Source: an uncultured Comamonadaceae bacterium (GTDB lineage: Bacteria > Pseudomonadota > Gammaproteobacteria > Burkholderiales > Burkholderiaceae_C). From it: a stretch of 64,000 nucleotides of DNA. Below are positions 37,203 to 46,671 of the stretch, in pieces. Under the pieces are notes generated by a model. That model was given only the letters and a program-made list of their open reading frames with translations. It searched no databases and was not told the origin of the DNA. The stretch lies in assembly GCA_963992225.1 (NCBI GenBank), contig CAXDTK010000001.1:38164-102163 (forward strand), in the 5' to 3' direction. Position 1 is the first letter of the stretch, and every line of letters begins with the position of its first letter. A program made the position numbers and the translations under genes.

Positions 37203-37891
37203 GCCGATTCAAGAACGAGGTCGCGCACCTGCAGGCGCACGTGAAGACCTTGCGCCTGGCCGGCGCCGCGCTGTTCATCGTGGCGCTGCTGCTTGGCTTC
37301 GGCTGGTGGAGCGCGCCCAAGAGCCTGACCATCCACGTGCCGCCCGACCTGCGCTCGGGCAGCACGCGCAAGTGGTGGGACGTTCCGCCCGAGAGCGTCT
37401 ACGCCTTCACCTTCTACATTTGGCAGCAAGCCCAGCGCTGGCCGACCAACGGCGAGCAGGACTATCCGCGCAACCTGCATGCGCTGTCTGCGTACTTCAC
37501 GCCGAGCTGCCGCGCCTTTCTGCAACAGGACTTCGAGTTTCGGCGCAGCAACGGCGAGCTGCGGCAGCGCGTGCGCGGCATCTACGAGATTCCCGGCCGC
37601 GGCTACGGCGACGACCCGGCCGCGCGCGTGCGCACCGTGTCGGCCAACAACTGGATCGTCACGCTGGACGTGAGCGCCGACGAGTACCTGGGCGCCGAGC
37701 AGGTCAAGCGCGCGCTCGTGCGCTACGCGCTCAAGGTCGTGCGTATGGACGTGGACCCCGAGCGCAACCCCTTCGGCCTGGCGCTGGACTGCCATGCACG
37801 CGCGCCGGAGCGCATCGAAACCCCTCCGCCTGCGGCGCCACCCGGCCGGGCCACGAGCGCCGGCTCCAACCTGCAGGGAGACACCCCATGA
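37199..37891 (+). CDS. PFL_4703/TIGR03746-family ICE protein
   Basis: LTIHVPPDLRSGSTR, NPFGLALDC. Confidence 0.8.
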   Translation: MSRFKNEVAHLQAHVKTLRLAGAALFIVALLLGFGWWSAPKSLTIHVPPDLRSGSTRKWWDVPPESVYAFTFYIWQQAQRWPTNGEQDYPRNLHALSAYFTPSCRAFLQQDFEFRRSNGELRQRVRGIYEIPGRGYGDDPAARVRTVSANNWIVTLDVSADEYLGAEQVKRALVRYALKVVRMDVDPERNPFGLALDCHARAPERIETPPPAAPPGRATSAGSNLQGDTP

Positions 37892-38817
37892 AGTCCCTCG
37901 TGAAGCGTTCATCTGCGGCGGCCCTGGCCGGCCTGCTGCTGTGCCTGGCTTTCGTGCCTGCGGTCCATGCCGTCGAAATCCTACGCTGGGAGCGCCTGCC
38001 GCTGGCGGTGCCGCTGGTGGTCGGCCAGGAGCGTGTGGTGTTCATCGAACGCAACGTGCGCATCGGTGTGCCGCCCACGGTCGGCGAGCAGTTGCGCGTG
38101 CAGAGCGCCGGAGGCGCGATCTACCTGCGCGCCAATGCGCCAATCCTGCCCACGCGGCTGCAATTGCAGGACGTGGAATCGGGCGCGCTGATCCTGCTCG
38201 ACATTGCGGCCGAGCCGGCCAAGGCAGGTCAGCCGGCGCTCGAACCCGTGCGCATCGTGGAAGGTGACGTGCCGGCGACCCGCTACGGCGAGCCCGCAAA
38301 ACCTGCAGCGACTGCGGACGACGATGCGGAACGCACGGCACCTGCTGCAAAGCAGGCCACGCCGGTGGCGGTCGTGCTCACGCGCTATGCAGCGCAGAAC
38401 CTCTACGCGCCGCTGCGCACCGTAGAGCCCGTTCCCGGCATCGGCCGCGTCAACCTGCGGCGCGGCCTGGAGCTTTCCACCTTGCTGCCGACGCTGCCGG
38501 TGCATGCGCAGGCACTGGCCGCGTGGCGGCTCGAAGACCAGTGGGTGACGGCGGTGAAGCTCACCAACATCTCCGCCCGCGGGCTCGACCTGGACCCGCG
38601 CGCGTTGCAGGGCGACTTCCTCGCCGCGACCTTCCAGCACCCGAACCTAGCGCCGGCCGGCCGCGCCGCCGACACCACGGTCGTCTACCTCGTTACCCGT
38701 GGCCACGGCCTGGCCGAGTCGCTGCTGCCCAAGCTCTCACCGATCGACGCGACGGTGAACCTGCCGCCGGCCGCGGCGGCCGGCCAGGCCGAAGGAGGTG
38801 CCCGCCATGAAAAGTAA
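37888..38817 (+). CDS. TIGR03749-family ICE protein
   Basis: EILRWERLPLAVPLVVGQERVV, LTRYAAQNLYAPLR. Confidence 0.8.
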   Translation: MKSLVKRSSAAALAGLLLCLAFVPAVHAVEILRWERLPLAVPLVVGQERVVFIERNVRIGVPPTVGEQLRVQSAGGAIYLRANAPILPTRLQLQDVESGALILLDIAAEPAKAGQPALEPVRIVEGDVPATRYGEPAKPAATADDDAERTAPAAKQATPVAVVLTRYAAQNLYAPLRTVEPVPGIGRVNLRRGLELSTLLPTLPVHAQALAAWRLEDQWVTAVKLTNISARGLDLDPRALQGDFLAATFQHPNLAPAGRAADTTVVYLVTRGHGLAESLLPKLSPIDATVNLPPAAAAGQAEGGARHEK

Positions 38818-40279
38818 CCCCCTCCTGAAGTGGCTGCTGATCCCGATGGCGCTGGTGCTGCTGTTCGTCGGCATCAAGATGCTCTCCGGGGATCGCGGCG
38901 CCAGGCCGGCGCCGGCCGGCAGCGCCAACCCGCTCACGCCCGAGGAGATGAAGGCGTTAGGCATCGAGGGCGACACGCCGCGCGATACCGTCGCGACGCT
39001 GGTGGCCCAGGTCAAGCAGTTGCGCAACGAGCTGCAGACGGCGCTCAACGACAACAAGAACCAGAAGAGCGAGAACGAACGCATGCGCGCGCGGGAAAGC
39101 GCGATCGACCAACGCATCCAGTCTGCGCTCGACGGCGAGCGCGGCCGCCTGCAGCAGGACCGCGAGCAACTCTCCAGCGACCGCCAGCAGACCCAGGGCC
39201 TGCTGCAAGACCTGCAGCGGCGCCTGGACGGTCTCTCCGGCAAGGGCGGCCAGGCCGACCTGCCGGTGGGCCTCGGCCTGGAGGAAGGCGATGGCAAGGG
39301 TTTCGGCGGCACCCAGGGCGGCGCCGCGCGCAGCACCAGCGGCACGCGCTGGGTTGAGCCTGACGATGCGAAGCCTTCGGCGAAGAGCGGCAGCGGCGGC
39401 GGGCTGAACTTCCCGACCAGCTTCGGGCCGGCGCAGAAGACGCTTTCCGACACGGCCGACAACGTGGCCAGCACGGTGGCGGATGCGGGCAGCCGCGCGG
39501 TGGGCGCGTCGGCCAAGCCGGTCTACACGGTGCCGTCGAACTCGACGCTGATGGGCTCCATCGCGATGACCGCGTTGATCGGGCGCGTGCCCATCGACGG
39601 CACGGTCAACGACCCGTACCCCTTCAAGGTGCTGATCGGCCCGGACAACCTGACCGCCAACGGCATCGACATTCCCGACGTGGCCGGCGCGGTGGTCAGC
39701 GGCACGGCCTCGGGCGACTGGACGCTCTCCTGCGTGCGCGGCCAGATTCGCTCGGTGACGTTCGTTTTTAACGACGGCACGGTGCGCACGATGCCGGAGG
39801 ACGGCAACCGCAACCAGAACGGCGGCGGGGGCTCGGGCGGCAACGCAAACAGCACCACGCACGGCGGCCTGGGCTGGATCAGCGATCCCTATGGCATCCC
39901 CTGCGTCAGCGGCGAGCGGCGCAGCAACGCGCAGCAGTACCTGGGCTCGCAGGCCCTCATCACCGCGGCGGGCGCCGGCGCGGCGTCCCTGATCAAGTCG
40001 GACAACGGCAGCGTGGCCGTCGTCGCCAACAGCAACGGCTCGCTCGGCACGGTGGGCATCAGCGGCAACGAGGCCATGGGCCGCATCCTCGCCGGCGGCG
40101 TGCGCGACATGGCCGATTGGGTCAACAAGCTCTACGGGCAGGCCTTCGCCGCGGTGTACGTGCGCCCCGGCGCCAAAGTCGCCGTGCACCTGGAGCAGCC
40201 GCTCAACATCGACTACGACGCCAAGGGGCGCCGGGTCAATCACCGCATCGGAGGCAAGCATGCGTCGGATTTGGATTGA
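38807..40279 (+). CDS. TIGR03752-family VirB10/TrbI-like protein
   Basis: DTPRDTVATLV, coiled coil, NSTLMGSIAMTALIGRVP, SGDWTLSCVRG. Confidence 0.82.
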   Translation: MKSNPLLKWLLIPMALVLLFVGIKMLSGDRGARPAPAGSANPLTPEEMKALGIEGDTPRDTVATLVAQVKQLRNELQTALNDNKNQKSENERMRARESAIDQRIQSALDGERGRLQQDREQLSSDRQQTQGLLQDLQRRLDGLSGKGGQADLPVGLGLEEGDGKGFGGTQGGAARSTSGTRWVEPDDAKPSAKSGSGGGLNFPTSFGPAQKTLSDTADNVASTVADAGSRAVGASAKPVYTVPSNSTLMGSIAMTALIGRVPIDGTVNDPYPFKVLIGPDNLTANGIDIPDVAGAVVSGTASGDWTLSCVRGQIRSVTFVFNDGTVRTMPEDGNRNQNGGGGSGGNANSTTHGGLGWISDPYGIPCVSGERRSNAQQYLGSQALITAAGAGAASLIKSDNGSVAVVANSNGSLGTVGISGNEAMGRILAGGVRDMADWVNKLYGQAFAAVYVRPGAKVAVHLEQPLNIDYDAKGRRVNHRIGGKHASDLD

Positions 40280-40694
40280 ATCGGCCGCGATCCTGTGCGC
40301 GGTCGTGTTGCTGGGCGGCTGCGCCACCAGCAAAGACAAGCTGCTGCCGCACGGCGATCACACCATGCTCGATGTGTGGAACCAGGAGACGGGCGGCAGC
40401 GCCGGTGGCGGGCAAGCGGCGCGGCAACTGCTCGATGCGCGTCAGGGCCTGCGCCGGCCGCTGACCGAGGCCGACGTGCAGGCGGCGCCTGCCACCGCTG
40501 CTGCCTACACGCGCACCGCGGCCAACGAGATCTACCGCCAGTTCCACCGGCTCCCCAACCCCGATCTGGTCATGTACGTGTTCCCACACCTGGCCGGCAC
40601 CGATCCGGTGCCGGTGCCCGGCTACACCACCGTCTTTCCCCTGTATCAGAGGGTGCAGTACGCCATGCCCGGCGAACGCCTGGAGGACTACTGA
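40260..40694 (+). CDS. TIGR03751-family conjugal transfer lipoprotein
   Basis: Lipobox LGGC; RLPNPDLVMYVFPHL. Confidence 0.8.
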   Translation: MRRIWIESAAILCAVVLLGGCATSKDKLLPHGDHTMLDVWNQETGGSAGGGQAARQLLDARQGLRRPLTEADVQAAPATAAAYTRTAANEIYRQFHRLPNPDLVMYVFPHLAGTDPVPVPGYTTVFPLYQRVQYAMPGERLEDY

Positions 40695-43588
40695 TGGCCT
40701 GGACCTTGCCTTGGCCGCGCGAGGGCCTCGCATCGGTTGGCCCTGAGCCGCATGGCGAGGACGCCTGGTCGCAGCATCTGACGTCGCTGGCGACGCACGG
40801 CATTCCCGAGCCGGGAACCGCAACCGATGACCGGCCGCGCCGTCCGGCCGCCGAGGCGGACCTGCAGGCCCTCTACGGCGTGTCGCCGTCCTTCGCCGAT
40901 CTGCTCCCCTGGGTGGAGTACCTGCCCGGCTCCAAGAGCATGCTTCTGGAAGACAGTCAGTCGGTCGCGGGCTTCTTCGAGCTGGCGCCGGTGGGCACCG
41001 AAGGCCGCGAGATGGCCTGGCTGTGGCAGGCGCGCGATGCATTGGAAAACGCGCTGCAGGACTCCTTCGATGAACTCGACGAGAACCCCTGGGTCGTGCA
41101 GCTCTACGCCCAGGATGAATCGACCTGGGACAACTACCTGCGCGGCCTGTCCGACTACGTGCGGCCGCGAGCGCAGGGCAGCACCTTCACAGAGTTTTAC
41201 GTGAGGTTCTTCGCGCACCACCTTCGCGCCATCGCCAAGCCCGGGGGCCTGTTCGAGGACACGACCGTGACGCGCCTGCCGTGGCGCGGCCAGGTCCGGC
41301 GCGTGCGCATGGTGGTCTACCGGCGCGCGAATGCGGTGACAGCATCGCGGCGCGGCCAGTCCCCCGAGCAGGCGTTGACGACGATCTGCGATCGGCTCGT
41401 GGGCGGCCTCGCCAACGCTGGCGTGAAATCCCGCCGCATGGAGGCGGCCGACATCCACGACTGGCTGCTGCGCTGGTTCAACCCACACCCGACGCTGCTC
41501 GGCCCCAGCGCCGACGACCGCGAGCGCTTCTATGCGCTCACGCGCTACCCCGAGGCAGCCGAAGACGGCGAGATCGAGCTGGCCAGCGGAGACTTCGCTC
41601 AACGCCTGTTCTTCGGCCAGCCCCGCTCGGATGTGGCGAACGGCACCTGGGTGTTCGACGGCATGCCGCACCGGGTCATCGTGATGGATCGCCTGCGCAT
41701 GCCACCCGCCACAGGCCACGTCACTGGCGAGACGCGCAAGGGCGGCGATGCGGTCAATGCGCTGTTCGACCAGATGCCCGAGGACACGGTGATGTGCCTG
41801 ACGATCGTGGCAACGCCGCAGGACGTGCTCGAAGCGCACCTGAACCACCTGAGCAAGAAGTCGGTCGGCGAGACATTGGCCTCGGAGCAGACTCGCCGCG
41901 ACGTGCAGGAAGCGCGTGGGCTGATCGGCAGTGCGCACAAGCTCTACCGCGGTGCGCTGGCCTTCTACCTGCGCGGGCACGACCTGGCGCAGCTCGACAG
42001 CCGCGGCCTGCAACTGGTGAACGTCATGCTCAACGCCGGCCTACAGCCGGTGCGCGAGGAAGACGAAGTGGCGCCGCTGAACAGCTACCTGCGCTGGCTC
42101 CCGTGCGTGTTCGATCCGGCGCTGGACAAGCGCCAGTGGTATACGCAACTGATGTTCGCGCAGCATGCCGCAAACCTCGCGCCGGTATGGGGCCGCAGTC
42201 AGGGCACGGGACATCCGGGCATTACGTTCTTCAACCGCGGCGGCGGGCCGATCACCTTCGACCCGCTGAACCGGCTCGACCGGCAGATGAACGCCCACCT
42301 GTTTCTGTTCGGCCCCACTGGCTCGGGCAAGAGCGCCACGCTCAACAACATCCTGAACCAGGTGACTGCCATCTACCGGCCGCGCCTGTTCATCGTGGAG
42401 GCCGGCAACAGCTTCGGCCTGTTCGGCGACTTCGCCATGCGGTTGGGCCTCAAGGTGCATCGCGTGAAGCTCGCGCCCGGCGCCGGGGTCAGCCTCGCGC
42501 CGTTCGCGGATGCGCACCGGCTGGTCGATACGCCCAGCCAGGTGCAGACGCTGGACGCCGATGCGCTGGACGAGGACGAGGAGCCCGCGGCGCAGGCAGC
42601 GAATCGCAGCGAGGAAGCGGAAGAGCAGCGCGACGTGCTCGGCGAGCTGGAGATCACCGCGCGGTTGATGATCACCGGCGGCGAAGACAAGGAAGAAGCG
42701 CGCATGACGCGCGCCGATCGCAGCCTGATCCGGCAGTGCATCCTCGATGCGGCCCAGCGCTGCGTGACCGAGCTGCGCACCGTACTCACGCGCGACGTGC
42801 GCGACGCGCTGCGCGAGCGCGCCCGGGACTCATCGCTGCCCGAGATGCGCCGCGCGCGCCTGCTGGAGATGGCGGACGCGATGGATATGTTTTGCCAGGG
42901 CGTCGACGGCGAGATGTTCGATCGGCCCGGCACGCCCTGGCCCGAGGCCGACATCACCATCGTGGACCTCGCCACGTTCGCGCGCGAGGGCTACAACGCG
43001 CAGCTCTCGATCGCGTACATCAGTCTCATCAACACGGTGAACAACATCGCCGAGCGCGACCAGTTCCTGGGTCGGCCGATCATCAACGTGACGGACGAAG
43101 GCCACATCATCACCAAGAACCCGCTGCTCGCGCCCTACGTCGTGAAGATCACGAAGATGTGGCGCAAGCTCGGCGCTTGGTACTGGCTGGCAACGCAGAA
43201 CATCGACGACCTGCCCAAAGCGGCCGAGCCCATGCTCAACATGATCGAGTGGTGGATCTGCCTCTCGATGCCACCGGACGAGGTGGAGAAGATCGCGCGC
43301 TTCCGCGAGCTGAACCCGGCGCAGAAGGCCCTGATGCTGTCGGCCCGCAAGGAGGCGGGCAAGTTCACCGAGGGCGTCATCCTCTCCAAGAGCATGGAAG
43401 TGCTGTTCCGTGCGGTTCCGCCCAGCCTGTACCTGGCGCTGGCTCAGACCGAGCCGGAAGAGAAGGCGGAACGCTTTCAGTTGATGCAGCAGTACGGCAT
43501 CGGCGAGCTGGATGCGGCCTTCAAGATCGCCGAGAAGATCGACCGCGCTCGCGGCATCGAATCGCTGGCGCTTGATGCGCTGGCGTAA
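40694..43588 (+). CDS. Conjugative transfer ATPase (VirB4-like), PFL_4706 family
   Basis: GPTGSGKS Walker A, VTDEGH Walker B, KMWRKLGAWYWLATQN. Confidence 0.92.
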   Translation: MAWTLPWPREGLASVGPEPHGEDAWSQHLTSLATHGIPEPGTATDDRPRRPAAEADLQALYGVSPSFADLLPWVEYLPGSKSMLLEDSQSVAGFFELAPVGTEGREMAWLWQARDALENALQDSFDELDENPWVVQLYAQDESTWDNYLRGLSDYVRPRAQGSTFTEFYVRFFAHHLRAIAKPGGLFEDTTVTRLPWRGQVRRVRMVVYRRANAVTASRRGQSPEQALTTICDRLVGGLANAGVKSRRMEAADIHDWLLRWFNPHPTLLGPSADDRERFYALTRYPEAAEDGEIELASGDFAQRLFFGQPRSDVANGTWVFDGMPHRVIVMDRLRMPPATGHVTGETRKGGDAVNALFDQMPEDTVMCLTIVATPQDVLEAHLNHLSKKSVGETLASEQTRRDVQEARGLIGSAHKLYRGALAFYLRGHDLAQLDSRGLQLVNVMLNAGLQPVREEDEVAPLNSYLRWLPCVFDPALDKRQWYTQLMFAQHAANLAPVWGRSQGTGHPGITFFNRGGGPITFDPLNRLDRQMNAHLFLFGPTGSGKSATLNNILNQVTAIYRPRLFIVEAGNSFGLFGDFAMRLGLKVHRVKLAPGAGVSLAPFADAHRLVDTPSQVQTLDADALDEDEEPAAQAANRSEEAEEQRDVLGELEITARLMITGGEDKEEARMTRADRSLIRQCILDAAQRCVTELRTVLTRDVRDALRERARDSSLPEMRRARLLEMADAMDMFCQGVDGEMFDRPGTPWPEADITIVDLATFAREGYNAQLSIAYISLINTVNNIAERDQFLGRPIINVTDEGHIITKNPLLAPYVVKITKMWRKLGAWYWLATQNIDDLPKAAEPMLNMIEWWICLSMPPDEVEKIARFRELNPAQKALMLSARKEAGKFTEGVILSKSMEVLFRAVPPSLYLALAQTEPEEKAERFQLMQQYGIGELDAAFKIAEKIDRARGIESLALDALA

Positions 43589-43598
43589 GGAAAACACC

Positions 43599-44354
43599 AT
43601 GCAGGTCGCTCGCTTCATTCCATCCCGCTCAGTCGCATTGGTCTCTGTGCTGCTCATCGTTGCGCTGATCGCGGCGGCCTGGCTGGGCTTACAGCCACAA
43701 ACGCCGATCGCCGAAGACGCTTCAGCGTCGGCCGAGTTCAGCCAGGCGCCCAAGCTGGCACTCGCCGCCGCGAGCGGCCCGCCTTGGCGCTATGGTCGCG
43801 ACGATGCGCGCTTCACGGTAGTGGAGTACGCCGACCTCGAATGTCCGTTCTGCCGCGCGTACTTCCCGGCGCTGAAGCAGTGGATCGACGCGCACCCCGA
43901 GGTGAACTGGCAGTGGCACCACCTGCCGCTGGCGCCGCACGAGCCTGCGGCGACTGCCAATGCGCGCCTGGTCGAGTGCGTTGGTGAGGCCGGCGGCTCG
44001 GCCGCGTTCTGGCGGGCGGTCGAATGGGTCTATGCGCACACCCGCGGCGACGGCCAGGGCCTGCCCGAGGGCCTGGGCTATCCAGGCATCACGCCGGCCG
44101 CCCAGCAGTGCCTCGACAGTGATCGCCCTGACACGCTGATCCGCGCGCAGTCGGCGAGCGCCGCGCAGGAGGGCGTCAAGGTCACGCCCACGCTGCGGTT
44201 GCAGGATCGCCAGTCCGGCAAGACGCTGCTGCTGCATGGCCCGGTGGAAGGCGATGCGCTGCTGTCGGCCATCGACCTGCTGGCGGCCGGCGGCACCACC
44301 GACACTGCATCGAAGGAAATGCCTGCCGAGTCCCTCGGCGACATGCCCAGGTAG
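43599..44354 (+). CDS. DsbA/DsbC-like thioredoxin-fold protein
   Basis: EYADLECPFCRAY CxxC, HLPL, VTPT cis-Pro loop; N-terminal anchor. Confidence 0.85.
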   Translation: MQVARFIPSRSVALVSVLLIVALIAAAWLGLQPQTPIAEDASASAEFSQAPKLALAAASGPPWRYGRDDARFTVVEYADLECPFCRAYFPALKQWIDAHPEVNWQWHHLPLAPHEPAATANARLVECVGEAGGSAAFWRAVEWVYAHTRGDGQGLPEGLGYPGITPAAQQCLDSDRPDTLIRAQSASAAQEGVKVTPTLRLQDRQSGKTLLLHGPVEGDALLSAIDLLAAGGTTDTASKEMPAESLGDMPR

Positions 44355-44392
44355 CCCCCGATCTTCAAGGCTACGCCGCGGCCTTGGCCGCG
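44325..44392 (+). repeat. Three-hairpin element, copy 5 (overlaps dsb stop codon)
   Basis: GCCGAG/CTCGGC, CATGCCCAG, GTAGCC-N12-GGCTAC, CGCGGCC/GGCCGCG. Confidence 0.7.
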
Positions 44393-44547
44393 CTGATCGA
44401 CCCCGTTCGCCTCGCATCCTTCGACGCGAACAGCCGCCGCGCTGCGGTGGCGGATGCCCGCTCTTCCATCGCTTGTTGTTCATCCCACGCGGGTCGCCCA
44501 CGCCCGCAGGGGCGGCATGGCGTTCCGCACCTTCTATGGAGACTGCC

Positions 44548-45126
44548 ATGCAACCCAAGACTCATGTTGTTGATGGTGTGACCTTCGTGGCCACGCCTTA
44601 CCGCGCCGGAACCTTCGTCCGCGAGGATGTGTTCTGGCGCCAGTTCACGATCACCTGCCAAGGCTATATCGAGTACCCCGAGGACGATCGCGTTTTCGGG
44701 ACCTGGTGGACACCTCACATCCTTGAGCTGGGCCAACACGGCCTGATCGAGGATGCCCTGGCCCTCGCAGCGGACGAGCTGTCAAAAGACGAGTTCGATC
44801 TGAGGTCGGAGATCGAGGCGCTGGACTTTCGGCCGGAACTGGTCCTGATCCGCGATTCGCTCGATCGGCTGGTTGTCACTGGCGAGGTGCAGTGCGGCGG
44901 CCGCATCCGCTGGTGCGAACCCACCGCCTCAGATGCGGAAGCCGCCGACGTCGCGAAGCAGGTCGATGACCTGCGCGGCGAGGCGTCCTACGAAGCTGGC
45001 TGGGACAACCACAGCACGGCCGAGCGCCTGCGCCTGCGCGCCCGCGTACTGGCCGGCCGGTTGGTCGATCCGTTCTGGCAAGTCCATGCCCGCCGCGCCA
45101 TTCAGGCCTCGGCTGCGGGCGCCTGA
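44548..45126 (+). CDS. Unknown 192-aa acidic protein
   Basis: GGAG RBS, structured leader, own terminator at 45133-45155; no motif recognised. Confidence 0.65.
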   Translation: MQPKTHVVDGVTFVATPYRAGTFVREDVFWRQFTITCQGYIEYPEDDRVFGTWWTPHILELGQHGLIEDALALAADELSKDEFDLRSEIEALDFRPELVLIRDSLDRLVVTGEVQCGGRIRWCEPTASDAEAADVAKQVDDLRGEASYEAGWDNHSTAERLRLRARVLAGRLVDPFWQVHARRAIQASAAGA

Positions 45127-45268
45127 TTCCCACGGGAGCTTCGGCTCCCGTTTTTCCTCCTTGTGCCGCTTGCGAAAGCGGGGTGTGCGCGGTGCGCATT
45201 CCTTGTCGCAGCAGACATGCCTTCGGCGTTCGACTAGGGGCCTTGCTCTCATTTCCAGGACACCCGCC

Positions 45269-45715
45269 ATGACGGCTCCCTTGTTCTATTCCATTCCGCG
45301 GCTGGGGGTCACGCGCATCGCGTGCGCGGGAGGACTTCTGCTGTGCCTGCTCTGCCAGACCGCATCGGCCGCCGACGTGCTCGTCGTGACCGACAGCCAC
45401 CATCCCGTGCAGCCCGCTGCCGGCGCCCGCGTGGTCGAGCTGGACCTGCCCGAGCGCATCGAGGCCGAGCTGGCGGCCAGTCTGCCCAACGACCCCAACC
45501 GCGCAACCGCAATCGTGCAGCAGCGACTGCGTGATGGCGGCCAGGCTTTGCAACGACGCATCGGCAGCGCCTACCAGGGTGTGGCCGATGCCTGGGGGCT
45601 GGGCATCGCCAAGGTGCCCGCCGTAGTGGTCGATCGCCGCTACGTGGTCTACGGCGAGCCCGACGTGGCGCGTGCCGTGGCCCGCGTCGAAGCCCATCGG
45701 AGGACACAGCCATGA
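45269..45715 (+). CDS. TIGR03757-family ICE protein
   Basis: ADVLVVTDSHHPV, AWGLGIAKVPAVVVDRRYVVYG. Confidence 0.8.
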   Translation: MTAPLFYSIPRLGVTRIACAGGLLLCLLCQTASAADVLVVTDSHHPVQPAAGARVVELDLPERIEAELAASLPNDPNRATAIVQQRLRDGGQALQRRIGSAYQGVADAWGLGIAKVPAVVVDRRYVVYGEPDVARAVARVEAHRRTQP

Positions 45716-46662
45716 AGCGCCTGCTGTCGGCATCGTCGCGCCGCGCTCGCCTCGCCATCGCCTCGGTGCTGCTGGGCGGTGCGGCATCGAGCTTCGCGCT
45801 GAACACGGCCACCATCGTGTCGTCGGCCCTGTCGCCGGACTGCATCGAGTACCGCGTCGTCGGCATCTGCTACTGGCTGTTCTGCACCTGGACGGGCTGC
45901 ACCGTGCGCACGTCGGTGAAGGTGCGGCACTACGTGCCGGACGCGGTGGTATCGAGCTACAGCAACACCGGCGAGAACCCCTGGGTCGAGGTGCGCGCGA
46001 TGAGCACGCCGAACCCGACTGCGCAGGCTGGCGACGACGGCACGACGAACCACGACAACGAGAACAACCTCGCCAAGTTCAAGAACGCCGACGTCATCGG
46101 CCACCCCGGCGGCTACGTGTTCAGCCAATTCGCGAGTTCGTTCGGCTACTCGTGCGAGGGCGCAGGCACGGCCTTCATGCCGTACCTACTCAGCACGCTG
46201 GACACCATCGCCTGGCGCTACAACATCCCCGAAGCCTTCTACCCTGAAGCGCTCATTCCCGGCCGGCGCGAGATCGGCACGCGCACCGGCCTGAATCTGT
46301 GGGGCAATGTGTATGCGCGCGGGGGTTTCCTGCACCAGACCGATGACCACAAGAGCGGAGCCGTCGTCGCGCAACGCGCCGGCGACGTCGTAACGCGCCG
46401 CAACCAGATCCACGTGTATCAGCCGCTGCTCGCCAGCGCCCGCGACGGCTACTGGCCGGCCGGCGCGCTGATGGAGACCGATGCCTCGACGGGCAAGTGG
46501 CAACCGCTGACGCCCACGCTCTCGAACAGTTGCGTCGTCTTCCCGCACAGCGGAAGCCTCACGCAGGCGCAACAGGGCGATTACGCCTGGGCGCTGTGGC
46601 GGCCCTATGCCTGCTGCCAGCGCCGCGGCCAGGTCTTCCTCGGCAGCGTCGATTTCAACTGA
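45712..46662 (+). CDS. TIGR03756-family ICE protein (TraU-like)
   Basis: CIEYRVVGICYWLFC, PYLLSTLD, YAWALWRPYACC. Confidence 0.85.
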   Translation: MKRLLSASSRRARLAIASVLLGGAASSFALNTATIVSSALSPDCIEYRVVGICYWLFCTWTGCTVRTSVKVRHYVPDAVVSSYSNTGENPWVEVRAMSTPNPTAQAGDDGTTNHDNENNLAKFKNADVIGHPGGYVFSQFASSFGYSCEGAGTAFMPYLLSTLDTIAWRYNIPEAFYPEALIPGRREIGTRTGLNLWGNVYARGGFLHQTDDHKSGAVVAQRAGDVVTRRNQIHVYQPLLASARDGYWPAGALMETDASTGKWQPLTPTLSNSCVVFPHSGSLTQAQQGDYAWALWRPYACCQRRGQVFLGSVDFN

Positions 46663-46671
46663 GGTGTGCCC

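Noticed and set aside
15993-44392. Dispersed repeats as CRISPR or integron attC arrays
   Set aside because: Not regularly spaced, no unique spacers of constant length, no cas or intI genes, and no RYYYAAC/GTTRRRY ends.
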